DNA of 64,000 nucleotides from Podarcis erhardii. Its lineage: Eukaryota. Position numbers and translations under genes: made by a program. Location of the stretch: assembly GCA_964252035.1 (NCBI GenBank), contig OZ176209.1; one strand, written 5' to 3'. Shown here piece after piece: positions 36,746-48,446 of the stretch; the first letter of the stretch is position 1; every line of letters starts with the position of its first letter. The notes beneath the pieces were generated by a model, which saw only the letters and a program-made list of their open reading frames with translations, made no database searches and was not told where the DNA came from.

Positions 36746-38756
36746 TATAATCCATTCAGCAGCTGCAACGTTTATATCTTCTATTCGTATTAACACATTC
36801 AATAGTTTATTAGTCCACAAATGAAGAACTATATCTTTTTGCTACTGTGTGTAGTAATTATTTGTCTATAATTTTTCTTCTTTCTTTGCCAAATGTTAAT
36901 CCATTTGTCCAGAAAGTCCCATGTCGCTCCAGTTGTTCTCTCTCTTTTCTTTTCTCAATTGTAGTTGCAATTGTAGTTGTAGCCTAGGGAAAAAGTTAAC
37001 TGGCACCCCGCCAAAGCCCTGACAGGTCTCCAGTTTCTCTTCCTTTAGGTATTGTTGAACTGTAGCTCACATCATCCCTGATCTTTGGGCATGTTTGCTG
37101 GGGCTAATGGGAATTGGAGTCCAGGAAATCACTGTTTTGATTTACTTACTAAGCAGTATCTAAATGTTGAAATAAATAAATAAAATAAAAAACCTGGCGG
37201 GCCACAGTTTCTCGATTCCTAGTGCAGTGTGATCAAACAACAAGAAGCGAGAAATTAGATTTTGTTTATATAACTTTTAAAAAGATTTTTTATTGTGGCA
37301 GGCAAAGTGTGTGTGTAGGAAGAGCTTGAATATTGGAAGCACAGTTCATCTCACGCATCCTCTCACTTTCTGTTCCCACCTGCCCCAGATTCCTAGTGGT
37401 GCAAGGCCACCTTGAATCATCAAGAGTGGAATGGAGTGTGACATTACATCACAATCACATTCCTGAATGCAGTGTTATACTTTACCCATAGGGTTGAATG
37501 GCAACAACTGACTCACTTTACCTTAGGATAAAGTGGGACACAGCTGGAGGGAGGTGACACTGAGCTTTTTCTCCAAACATTAAGCTTCATCTTAATGTTT
37601 AGGCCCAAGCTTGATCTTAATGTTCATGTCCTCGGTCTCACCTAAATGTGACAACGTTGGGAACGAGCATTTCTGTAGCTAAAGTACCTCAGAGCCTGCC
37701 AAGATTACTGGGAGGCAAGGGAGTTCTAGGCATTTTCCCAGCTTCACTTGCTACCAATGCATGTGTCATATTCAGTCCCTGCTTCTCATAACAACAGCTG
37801 CAGAAGCCTCCGTGATGAATAGGTTTGTCAAGGAAATAGGAAGAGTGGTCCTACAACTGCCTTTCTTTCCCATCCACCATAGAGGCCATAAGTGGCAGCT
37901 TGGGGTCTGAAGTGTGTGATATGGCGCTTGTTTCTCTAAAATGCAGGTAAGCAGCATTAGGAAAGGATTTCTCCCACCTTGCTAATATTTTAAAGGGGTA
38001 AGTGCCAAAGAATACACACAAGTGTTTTGGACCTGATTCAGGTTGCATGTATTCTACTTTTGTGTTACTACTTTGAACAGTGCTGAGTTTGCTCACGTTT
38101 CAGAGCATGATAATATTGTTGTATGCATTCGGATTTGATAGTTGGTTTCACAGAAGTGTAGCTTGCATGCAGAAGTACATAATTTTTGCAGCCAGTCTGT
38201 TGTGGAAGTATCCTCGCCACATTTTGGTTGGAGGAAACCAGCAGTTTTCAGCAGAAGCCAGATTTTTACCACTTTGATAGCCTGGCCTTTGTATTAGTCA
38301 CAAAGCCACATTTTCTTCCTCTACCCCCCGCCCCCCCAATTTTTTTTTTAAAGCATGAAACAAACATGCACATAAGGCACTTGAAATAAAAAAAACCAAT
38401 GTGGACACCTGTCTGATGCACTAGAGAGGGAGCTGTTGTGTTTGATTTGGAGACTGCATGTTTCATTACAAGAGTAAAGGTGAGGAAAATCAAGCTCACC
38501 CCTACAGCAGAACCTCTTCACGTTTGCTCATGATTGGAGGAAATCGCCTCCTTTTCCAAAGTGAATTTGGGTCCAACTTCAACCTTGAAATATTATTCTT
38601 TTTATTAATAATAATCTTTTTGGCCAGTGACCCATTGAGCAAATTGAGAAGCCTCAATTATATTTCCCTTTTGCCACTGTGGTTGGAGGCAGGTGTGTCT
38701 TGCAAGAAGCTTCTTCTGGAGCCAGGGTGTGAGAATAGAGGCCATAACCCATAGGA

Positions 38757-38878
38757 TAAGGTTACCAGACGTCCACGTTTCCCGGGGACAGTCCCCAGAT
38801 TTACAAATCAGTCCCCATACAAAATACATTGAAGTTGAAAAGTGTCCCTGGATTCAGCAAAAAAATCTGGTAACCTTA
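38757..38878. mobile_element. hAT MITE, 122 bp
   Basis: Perfect 13-bp TIRs TAAGGTTACCAGA / TCTGGTAACCTTA and perfect 8-bp TSD CCATAGGA. Confidence 0.92.
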
Positions 38879-41800
38879 CCATAGGAACTTCGTGCTTGTG
38901 TGAATTATTTGCACACATGTGTGCTCCTGTTACCCTCTGAATATCTGAAGTCTTCTGTGGGTTTGGATAAGATTGGTCTCTGTTACATTTGGAACAGTGA
39001 GACTTTTTTCAGCATCTACTTTCTATATCTCTTATCTGTTTCTCCACCACCACCTGTCTTTAGGTGTGCAGCTGACAATTAAACTACCTGAGGCAAAAAA
39101 AAACAACAACAACGTTTTGGAAGTTGGCAGCGCGTGAGCTGTTCAGGCTGTCTGTCCACTGCGCAAACACTTCCCCACATTTGACAGGATTCACTCAATG
39201 GTTCACATGGGTAGGTCTCCTTCCTGTGAGCAATTAACTCTGTGCTGGTGAGCCTGTGAGTAGACACTGTGAATGTAATCATAAATGAAAACAACACTGC
39301 AAGCCCCCTAAATCACAGTCTAGAGTCACTGTTAGAAACTCAGATATAAGGACCCCGGTGGTTCCTTAAACCAGGGTTACAGTCACCAAAATAGAATGTT
39401 TAGTTGCCATTTAGGAGACAGATAACTCAAAAGCATATTTTTCAATGCAACTCTTGAGTTCATTCTGATTGTGCAGATAAAACATAACTGATGGAATTCT
39501 ACAGGATGTGTTGTTGGTGTGTGAAAACAGGCAAGATCCAAGGATCATCAGACATTTGCCTCCAGATGGTGGAGACGTCAGATGCCATGCTGGCTCCTAG
39601 CTTCACTTGGTCGCAAGTGACCGATAGCCAGGTAAAAAATGAGCCTGGCACATGGGAAATTTCAAACTCTGCTAGAGGTGCAAGATAATTCCCACAAGCG
39701 ATAGGAATAAAAAGGGCTCTTGTCAAACCTACATCCCAGATACTTAGCAGCTGGAAACTTGAACAATGAGAACTACTAAAAATAAAATAAAAGAATCATA
39801 CCCAACTAAAGGAATTAAGGGGTATTATCACCAAAGACCTCATTCTTACTATTGGAGTTTGAGGTGAGCAAGCAATCAGTGTAAATAATTGCCCACAAAG
39901 CAAAAAATTTAAAAGGGAGCAGATCCAATATTAATAGATGCCAGCTAGTATTCTGCTTTTCAGTTTGACCCAAAAAGTCCACCTAGAGAACTACTGTCAT
40001 TCACTCCTGCTTCCGGAAATACAATGTTTAGTGTTTCCTGGAACTTGGGAGCTGAGAATTTGATGTTGACAGCTACTTCCTTAATAAATATGACCTTTGC
40101 AACATGAGTCATTTTTTTTAGGTTGTTGACTTGAACATATGTTTTTTCATGGCTGTGACGATGATATTATGATGACTGTTGTCCTTATATAATTGACACC
40201 CTTCATATCTTTACTTGGCTATTCAAGCGCATACCAGAAAGTTTTGGGTGAGACCCACCCTGAGGATTTCTGCTTGCACAATGGGACTTCTCCTCTCCTT
40301 GCCCACCTCCTTAAATTATTCCATTTGACAAGCTGAACTGCTTGTGCTGATGGAACATTTCTCTTAAAATTCTTTCCTTTCTCTTGAATTCTTTCCTGAG
40401 GTTTCAGCAGTTAAAGTAGTTGCCCTAGTGCAACAGGTCTACTTTTAAAAAAGGAAGTGACTTTTTGTGGTTAGGAAAGTGATGGAGAAGTGTAGTCAAA
40501 AGTATGGGATGAATGAATTAGTAATGCAAAGGCATTTATCTTCCCTTGCATTTTGAAAATTCAATTTCTTTGGCATCTTTCCTTGGAGCCTTATATAAAT
40601 TTGATTTCTGAGTGTTTATTGTGCCTTCTCTCCCCCCACAAAAAAGTTGGGTTTTTTTGTACCCCCTTGCCAATCTAGGAATTAAATACTTTGGTGTATT
40701 TTGCAACCTTTGCAACTAAAGCTATTTCACTTTCCCAGTTCTGACAAATGTCTGCACTGTTTTGTATTGGAAGTTTGGTGGCAATCCCTAGGTGGCACCA
40801 GTAAACATTGCAATCATTTTATAGTTTGGTTACATAGGTTCTGTTATCTCCATTTAACCAATTAAGCTTTTTTCTCATACTCGACCAACATTTTCTCTGC
40901 ACACATTGCATTCAGTATAGGATTGCTCCTAATTTTTGTACAACATAATACGTTTTGTGATTGCCCCCGCATGCAAAAATTAAAACAAACAGATTGCCCA
41001 AAGCTTTGAACTTTAAGGCTTCATTTAAAGTTCACTGCAGGCTCTGTGAAGCATAGAATCTACAATATTGCCACAGATTAATATATGCAGCCTGGGATTT
41101 GGACTGGGAACTCATAGTAGGAGTAGGAGTAATAATTCATTTATAATTGCTTCCCATGGAGCATCCCAAAGGGATTTACAGTATATTAAAAGCATGTATA
41201 AAACAGTCAGAGATTGCGTGGCAGCCATACCTTAGCCAACAGTACTGCAGCTTGCTTTGGTTAAGGCAGGTGTGGAGAGGCTGTAGCCCTCCAGGTGATG
41301 TTGGTCTCCACCTCCCATCAAGCCCGGCCACCATGGCTGATAGTTGTGCATCAGGGCAGCCACTGGTCGCTTGCAGTAGGTGATAAGTGACACACCTCTC
41401 TCCTTGGCTTTTGACACCTGAGATGTATGCTTTTTGGACCCACCTTCTGTGGTTGTAAGTGGCTTTAAACTGTATTTAACATGGTGCTTTAGTTGTTGCA
41501 ACCCACGCTGGGACTTGGGGTGGTGGGCAGGCAGGCCATAAACTGGTTATAATAAGAATAAATTTCCAGTCGTTAGTGGATAATTGGAGACTGAGCCGCA
41601 GACCGATACTTATTTCCTGTGGTTTTTATTGCCAAGTTAAAACAATTTGGTCTGCCTTAGTGATTTCCTATTCCTTTGAGGTTTCCCCTTTGGAGTTTAT
41701 TGTTCAGCGTCCCCACTTCCTTCATACTCTGCTTTCATTCTCCTTGTCTGAGCTAGGCTGAATTGTGCTTAAACTGCTTAGGCAAAGAGCAGCAAGATTT

Positions 41801-42108
41801 GCAGCGGAGTGTTCAGGCAGACATTGTGGGATGGTAAAAGAAAAAAGAAAGTGCAATGATCCAGTGTGGAAGTTACCACCTACCTGGGTAGTAAATATAC
41901 ATAGGAATGCCCTGCATATATATTTAAATTAAATTCAAACTTGGAGTGTTGCTTGGAAATAATTTTAATTTGAGTACATGGAAGTAGTTAAGCTCATGAC
42001 AGCTTGACTGCAGGCATTGATTTTCATTGTTACAATTTACGTGGGGAGAAAAGGAAAGCGCTGATGCCTACTAACACTAATTTTAACTTGTGAAAAAGCT
42101 GTTTATTT

Positions 42109-42252
42109 CAGGCATAGGCAAACTCGGCCCTCCAGATGTTTTGGGACTACAACTCCCATGATCCCTAGCTAACAGGACCTGTGGGAATTGTAATCCCAAT
42201 GATGGGAATTGTAATCCCAAAACATCTGGAGGGCCAAGTTTGCCTATGCCTG
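42109..42252. mobile_element. hAT (Charlie-like) palindromic MITE, 144 bp
   Basis: TIRs CAGGCATAGGCAAAC / GTTTGCCTATGCCTG and perfect 8-bp TSD GTTTATTT. Confidence 0.92.
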
Positions 42253-42714
42253 GTTTATTTGTTACGTTTGCATACATCCCATAGCAGTAATCAAAAATAA
42301 ATTTGATTTATTTTTGAAATCTGAAAAAATAATTTTATGGATAATAATAATTCAAGGTATTTTCCATTAAAGAAATAAATCATTGAAAACATTTCCATCC
42401 CATGTAACATCAGTGACTTTGTTGTCTGGCTGCATTGAGCATCTGGAAATTATGCATGAAAGGGAGCGTGCAGATATATTAATTAAGCCAACCCAAGGTG
42501 TTGTAGTTTGGAGATGAAAAGCTTTGGGGTTCCTGATAGCAGGGGTGGGGCAGAGTAAATCATTCCCAGCATTTCCTTCTGACTTGTGAAAGTTTCCTTA
42601 CCATTGGTCCATCTATCCCGGTATTGGTTCCTTTGCCTGCCCCACAAGCCTTGGGCTCTGCTACCTGAAAGCCCTTAACTTTTTACAACTGAGTCCTGGG
42701 CCATTTCCTTTTTT

Positions 42715-43245
42715 GAGAATGATTTTCCTCCTCATTTTCACCACTGCATCCAGGCAGTGTCCCAGGGACTGCACAGCCTTTCCTGATTCAGATGTTATGG
42801 AGAAATATGGTTGAGTGTGATGAGCACACTGATGGCACCTTGCCCTGAAACTCATAATGAACACTCCCAATGGCTTCGTGTAGATATTAAATAGCACTGG
42901 AGATAAGAGAGTCCCCTGTGGCGTAGCTGCCAGGAAGCCAAAAGGCACTCTTCCGATGCTACTCTTTGGACTCGGTCCTGAAGTACGGTTGCAGCCCCCA
43001 ATTTCCATTCCCTGGAGCCAATCCAGGAGGTCGCTGACGAGAGATCAAGAAGCTGGAGCAAGGTCGCACTCCCCCTGTCTGCAAAGGTCCTCAGAGAAGG
43101 CTTGCAGCTGCCCCACCACAGACCTCTTTACTACCTTCCCCCAAAAGAGGAAGTATTTGCAACTGGTCAGTAGTTGTTCCAGTCCAGAGCTGGTTTCTTC
43201 AGGAGCTGTTGCCTGTTTCAATGCAGCAGGGACCATCCCGTCACA
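42715..43245 (-). mobile_element. Decayed L2/CR1-group LINE reverse-transcriptase fragment
   Basis: Frameshifted RT motifs across three ORFs: GMVPAALKQA, GKVVKRSVVGQLQAF, LLDLSSA, PQGTLLSPVLFNIY, and HQCAHHTQPYFS (degenerate HQYADDTQLY). Confidence 0.8.
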
Positions 43246-43570
43246 CAGTGAAGTGTCAAATAAACACATTTTAATAAAACCCATTCGTCATCAGTGAAAA
43301 CACCAGCAGCAGTATGTGCAAATAAAATATCTTGAGAAGTTCTGCCCTTTCCCCCAGTCTGCAGAAATATATAAAATTCTGGTGTGAAATAGCTGTCAAG
43401 GAGGCCTCGTGTGTTCTTCAGATGGTAATTGCTGGGCATATACTGGCCAGCTTGAGCTGCAGAGAGAGAATTAGCCAAGAGATGAAAAGAAATCACACGC
43501 AATTCTTCTTTTGCAGGTAGAAGCCCTGTGATTTCCGAAGATTACGAGTAATCTGGCTTCAGCATCAACG

Positions 43571-43579
43571 ATGGACCAG
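43571..43579 (+). CDS. BID: BID first coding segment (MDQ) in exon 2 (exon 43517-43579)
   Basis: TTTTGCAG acceptor at 43516, ATG in strong context (ACGATGG), CAG|GTTGGA donor, phase 0 matching exon 3. Same layout as the short first coding exon of other vertebrate BIDs. Confidence 0.75.
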
Positions 43580-44582
43580 GTTGGATCAAAAATTATTTTC
43601 AAATAATTGTATCGTCTGAAGAAATGTTGAGTTGTTTCTCCAAGAAAAGTTATTTTTGAGTCACCTTTTCTAGAAGCCCCTACCCCCTTTCCCCCTAAAA
43701 GTGTTCAGCAGAACAAAGGAGCAAGCTGTGGCTCTCACTCACCCCTGAGCTATGTAGAGACATAGGGAATCCCTGCTTAGGAGTGGAGGTCCCCGTCTCT
43801 TCCAAGTTCTCAAAGTTTACAAATTGCTGCAGTGCACAAGCACAGATCCCATATGTTTAGATAAGTGTTTTCTTGTGGAAAGCACTGCCCTTGTAAGGTA
43901 GCTCAGAATCACTTGAGAATTCAGTCCCGATAGCTGGCTTTGATTGTGCGTGCACAACTAAGAGGGACCATTTCCAGAAGAGTAGCTGTGTTAGTCTGTT
44001 GCGACAAAAAACAGCAAAGAGGCTTGTGGCACCTTAAAAGACTGGCTGGTTTATTATAGCATAAACTTCCACAGACATCGCCTGATGAAATGGACTGTAG
44101 TCCATGAAAACTAATGCTGGCACAAGGCTCAGTCAGGCTGGTCCTTAATCTCATTTTTCAGACATCAAGTGTGAATTAAAAGATGCCAAGATCGCCTTAT
44201 TAGCAATGGTGTGATGGTGATTCGAAGACAAGGGCAGAGTTGAAAAAGAAATGCACTACAACAGAGTTACAAAATAACTGCCCCTGGGACACTAGAAACC
44301 ATACTTGGCTCTCACTATGGAGAGTTTGACAGTGCCTGGTATTTTTAGTATCTTAAGAGCTGCTAACTTCCCCTTTTTTGTATTTAAATATAAACTGATA
44401 TTCTCCGGTTTCACAGGGTAAGATTATAGATATGCATAACCCCTGGATCAAGATGATAAAGGATTTCATGCACTAGAACTGCTATTATAAATATTTTTAA
44501 ATAAGCATTAAATGAAGTTGGCTGCATGCTTGTCTATCATAAATAATACCTGTTCTGTTTCTCCCCCCCCCCCCCATTATAG

Positions 44583-44769
44583 GGTGATTATAATAGCCCC
44601 TTTCAGGAGGCACAGCTAACCAAGATTCTCCTCTACTCCTTCCTGGAGAAGTCTTCCGACTGTGCTTTTGCTTCAGAGCTTTGTGCTTTGAAAAACCAGT
44701 TGGTTTCAGAGCAGGACGATGATGACGGGCTTCAGACAGATGGCAACAGATTTGGGCAACCTGAGGACA
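44583..44769 (+). CDS. BID: BID exon 3, GDYNSPFQEAQLTKILLYSFLEKSSDCAFASELCALKNQLVSEQDDDDGLQTDGNRFGQPED
   Basis: TATAG acceptor after a C-run, A|GTAGGT donor in phase 1. Contains the LQTD/GNR caspase-8 site diagnostic of BID. Confidence 0.93.
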
Positions 44770-44984
44770 GTAGGTATTTTATCTTGAGCAAACAAGTTTG
44801 TTTGTTTGTTTGTTTGATACCCTGGCTTTTCCCTCAGTGCAGCATGAATTTAAACAGACAGAACTACAAATATGCAATAAATATAAATATTTTAAGAACA
44901 GTTAAATAAATAAAACTATTAAAAATAGCTCTGCTGACAGTTATGGCCATTTAAAAGCACACATGCAAAAACAGACATTATTAT

Positions 44985-45162
44985 CCTTTCTTTTCTGCAA
45001 GCAGCTCAGAGCAGTGTACCCCTTGCACACATAATTCTCTCAGTAGCCCTGTGATGTAGATTAGGCTGAGAGGCAGTGGCTGCCCTAAGGTTTCCTTGCA
45101 AGCTCTGTGGCAGGGATTTGAACCCTGGCCATAAATTCAGTTCTGTAACCACCATGCTACAG
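44985..45162 (-). mobile_element. Old MIR-like SINE
   Basis: AGCCCTGTGATGTAGATTAGGCTGAGAG...GGGATTTGAACCCTGG...AACCACCATGCTACA. Boundaries approximate. Confidence 0.5.
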
Positions 45163-45230
45163 TGGACACTTGTAGCAAATCCTCTGTGCTGTCCTCCTCA
45201 GCTGTCTGTTTGGAACCTAACTTCAACCTT

Positions 45231-45402
45231 GGGCACATCCAGTGCATTTTTAAAACACATGACTTCCCCCAAAGAATTTAGGGAACTGTAGTTTGTAAAG
45301 GGCCCTGTGAGTGGGAAACTATGGTTCTCAGGATTCTTTAGGGGAAGTCCTGCTTTAAATGAGTGCTGGGTAGTGCTTTACCTATGTAGTGTGGATATGC
45401 CC
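45231..45402. mobile_element. PIF/Harbinger-like palindromic MITE
   Basis: TIRs GGGCACATCCA / TGGATATGCCC, 3-bp TSD CTT, imperfect internal inverted arms. Confidence 0.7.
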
Positions 45403-45620
45403 CTTATTTATTTGAACAATTTATATACCACTTAGGTACAGTAGTCTTTCAGTGATTTTTTTTTTTCCAAAGGTGCAATACAAAGAATAACAACCAGTTT
45501 TCACTAAAAAACGAAACATCAGTTAAAATGCCTGCTGGAATAAAAAAGCCTTCAGTAGGCCCTGGAAGTTCAGAGAGGAAGAGTGAGCAGAGAATTCCAT
45601 TCTGTTTAATCTTTTTTCAG

Positions 45621-45769
45621 TCATATATCCAAATTCAGATGAAGAGGAAATTTTCCGGATTATTGGAGCTCAGCTGGCTGAAATCGGAGATCAGCTGGCT
45701 GCTGAGATTGACCCATCGCTCATACAGAATCTTGTGCGGCAGTATATAGCGGAGAACATGTCCAAAGAG
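45621..45769 (+). CDS. BID: BID exon 4 with BH3 motif, IIYPNSDEEEIFRIIGAQLAEIGDQLAAEIDPSLIQNLVRQYIAENMSKE
   Basis: TTTTTTCAG acceptor, GAG|GTGATT donor, 149 nt, phase 1 to 0. LAEIGDQL fits the BH3 consensus LxxxGD. Confidence 0.93.
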
Positions 45770-46280
45770 GTGATTGAGAGGAATGAAATCTAAGGCTTAC
45801 TTCAGAGTTTCATCTACCATGATAAGTGAAATCCTGGATCCAAATAACTGCTGTGTGGTTTTTCTGGAAACCCTTGCAAAGTCCATGCTTCTCTTGCAGA
45901 GGTGACTTGGTGAATGGGATGTATAATAATTACTTCAGCTTTACTGTTGGGACTGAGGAACATAAAATTGGAGTTGGGAGAGTGAGTTCAGGCATGTTTT
46001 GCTGTGGATTCTCTTACAATCTCGTGAGCTAAAATGCGGTAATTTCTACTTCAGGAACGCAGGGATATGTCTTCTTCTTGGACAGAGGACAACAAGGCAT
46101 TCAGCTTCATTTCCATAGCTGAAATTTTTGTCCACCAGCAACAGGCTAGACTTGTAGTCTTGCAGCCAACTTAGCTGCAAAATTGGCATTGGGGCACAAC
46201 AGTGTTCCACGAAGCAGGCGAGTCCAAGGCTTGCTCCCACTGCTTCCCTTGGGGTGATAAAAGTCCCTCCCCCTAGAAGG

Positions 46281-46427
46281 TAGAATCATAGAATTATAGC
46301 GTTGGAAGGGACCATGAGGGTCATCTAGCCCAACCCCCTGCAAAGCAGGAATCTTTTTATCCAACATGGGGCTTGAACCTACATTCCTGAGATTAGGAGT
46401 CTCATGCTCTGCCAACTGAGCTATGTC
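46281..46427 (-). mobile_element. Squam2-like SINE: tRNA-Lys-like head plus CR1 3' tail
   Basis: The reverse complement reads ATAGCTCAGTTGGCAGAGCATGAGACTCCTAATCTCAGG...GGTTCAAGCCCC, then TAGATGACCCTCATGGTCCCTTCCAAC...TTCTATGATTCTA. Confidence 0.85.
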
Positions 46428-47345
46428 ACCAGACTTCCATTATTTATGTCAAGGGTGTTCTCATAAAAGCAGCCTCCCCATATGTGTGATGAAGCAGGCA
46501 CAACCTTGCAAACAGAACATCATTTTTCATTGGAGGAGAATCTTGATTCTATGACTGTAATCTGTAATAGTACTTCTGTTGTGGTGGGAGCATGTTTTAA
46601 AGAAAATTTAAAACATGGAAGAGGTACAGCCATTGTTTTTTCATCTATTGGTGAGAATTGTTTTAAAAGGAATTACTTGTCCGTTAAGCAAAGGAGAGCC
46701 TACTAACAACAGATGTTGGAGGTGTGGAGCAAGCAAAGCAAAATTGCCCCGTGTTGTGGTTCATTTGGCCGGGGGCGGGGTTGGTTGCTTGCTTTCATTT
46801 ATGTAGAAGGTGTATTTCCATTTTGATCTCCCGCACAATAAATTGCATTAGGTTACTCACCAGAAATATGGCTATAAATGGAGAAGGCAGCCAATATTTT
46901 AAAGTGGGTGGCCAATGCATGATTACAAAAAAGTAGAATGCAACTTAATGTCACTCATGCTTTAGTGGTGAAGGTCTATAAACAGTTGACACCTGCAAAT
47001 TATAATCTAAAAGTATTTTGTCTTCTTTGAGGAGTTACTTTGCTGTTGACATATTATTGGATTGCTGAATTTTGAAATCCGTACATAAATGAACCTATGT
47101 ATAATTTAGAAATATTTTTTTAAATTAATCTATCATTGGTGGATGTTAATGATTGTTACACTGATCTTTGATGTTTGGAACTATTGTAATATAAACAGCA
47201 AAGGAGCAAAACAAAGATCTGCCAAATGCCTTGTGGTGTGTTGGGACAAGGGGGGAAATAGGTTTTATTTGTGAGGGATTGGAGTAGAGAGGAACAGAAG
47301 GGCAGCATTTCAAAGAGGTACATTTTTCCCCTCTCTTTTTTTTAG

Positions 47346-47558
47346 GCAATAACCAATCACCTGTCTCAAGTAGTGAAGGAAGTTGTGCGAAGGATGCCTT
47401 TGGAAATGGAGCAAGAGAGAGCCATGCTAGTGGTAGCTATGGTTTTAGCCAAAAAAGTAGCAAACACTGTGCCATCTCTTCTACAACAAGTGTTCAGCAC
47501 AACCGTGAACTACATCAACCAGAACCTCCGTGATTATGTGAACAACTTGGAACCTGAG
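47346..47558 (+). CDS. BID: BID exon 5, AITNHLSQVVKEVVRRMPLEMEQERAMLVVAMVLAKKVANTVPSLLQQVFSTTVNYINQNL...LEPE
   Basis: TTTTTAG acceptor, GAG|GTGATA donor, 213 nt. Closely resembles the C-terminal helices of vertebrate BID (LAKKVA..PSLL..VF.TTVN.INQNL). Confidence 0.95.
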
Positions 47559-48180
47559 GTGATATAAAATAAAATCCAGATGTTGCTATTTAATTATCTC
47601 CATGCCCAGTGAATAATTCAGCCCTACTTTGGAAGCTAGGGGGGAAAGGAGTGGTTATTCAGGCCGTGTGAAATGTTGTAGGAAAGGAGTTTGTTGGGTC
47701 CCTGATTTTACATCATGTGTGAATAGGATGCACAACTGATGCCCATGTGCAAGTGGTGCTGCTTGTGGCCAGAGACAAAGCAATGGGGCATGACTTCTAT
47801 ACAGTCTCCCCATCTTGCATCCTCACATGCAAGAGGCAGTCACTGCAGTTCAAGTGACACATTCCAGCCAGACAGAAGGACTTGAGGGTGCCCACGGGGG
47901 AAATGGACTGGGGGAAATCCCGAGGGCCTGAAGTTCCATACGTTTCCTCTGTTAGGATGAGGAAATTGAGCATTTTTGACTCTGTTTGGTGTGTTAGCCT
48001 TTCCAAGATCACCAAATTTTGGGGGCTTGCAAACCAGAGAAAACATTGTTAGCAGCACACAGAGACCCCTGAAGCTTGTTTCATCAGCTGCAAGATTTCA
48101 GTTGCAGCAGGGAGGAGTCAGGGAAGGCTGCTGCAGGCACATGTGTCCAGATATGCCATGTTGGCAATATGTAGTCTGAC

Positions 48181-48257
48181 TTGTGAACCTGCCTTCAGTT
48201 GAACCCTAAAGGATGGGCTGGGGAAACCCAGCCAGATGGGCGGGGTATAAAGAATAA

Positions 48258-48304
<47 letters not shown>

Positions 48305-48313
48305 ATAATAATA
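48181..48313 (+). mobile_element. LINE (L2-type) 3' end with (ATT)n tail in the last BID intron
   Basis: GGGCTGGGGAAACCCAGCCAGATGGGCGGGGTATAAA followed by about 15 ATT repeats. Confidence 0.65.
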
Positions 48314-48440
48314 CATGCAGGGCGTGTATGAAAGAAAAAGCCTTTTGGCGTTCACTTGTTTGGGAAATACCTAAATATGTGGACCATTGAATATAACTGT
48401 AGTGGACTGAACATAACTCCCTCTTTTCTTTCTCTTCTAG

Positions 48441-48446
48441 AGGTGA
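48441..48446 (+). CDS. BID: BID terminal exon coding part (R, stop); full protein 187 aa
   Basis: Strong pyrimidine tract CTCTTTTCTTTCTCTTCTAG then AGG TGA in phase 0. Vertebrate BID has a tiny last coding exon. Confidence 0.7.
   Translation, partial: R

Noticed and set aside
36310-36960. AT-rich segment resembling an antisense retroelement 3' end, split by the 36521 MITE
   Set aside because: No diagnostic protein motif or TSD found, so I could not classify it.
44583-44600. MGDYNS as an N-myristoylation signal in an exon-2-skipped BID
   Set aside because: Asp after Gly and Pro after the Ser both violate the standard pattern.
46355-46427. tRNA-Lys-like sequence on -
   Set aside because: The acceptor stem is degenerate and it runs straight into a CR1 tail, so it is a SINE head rather than a tRNA gene.
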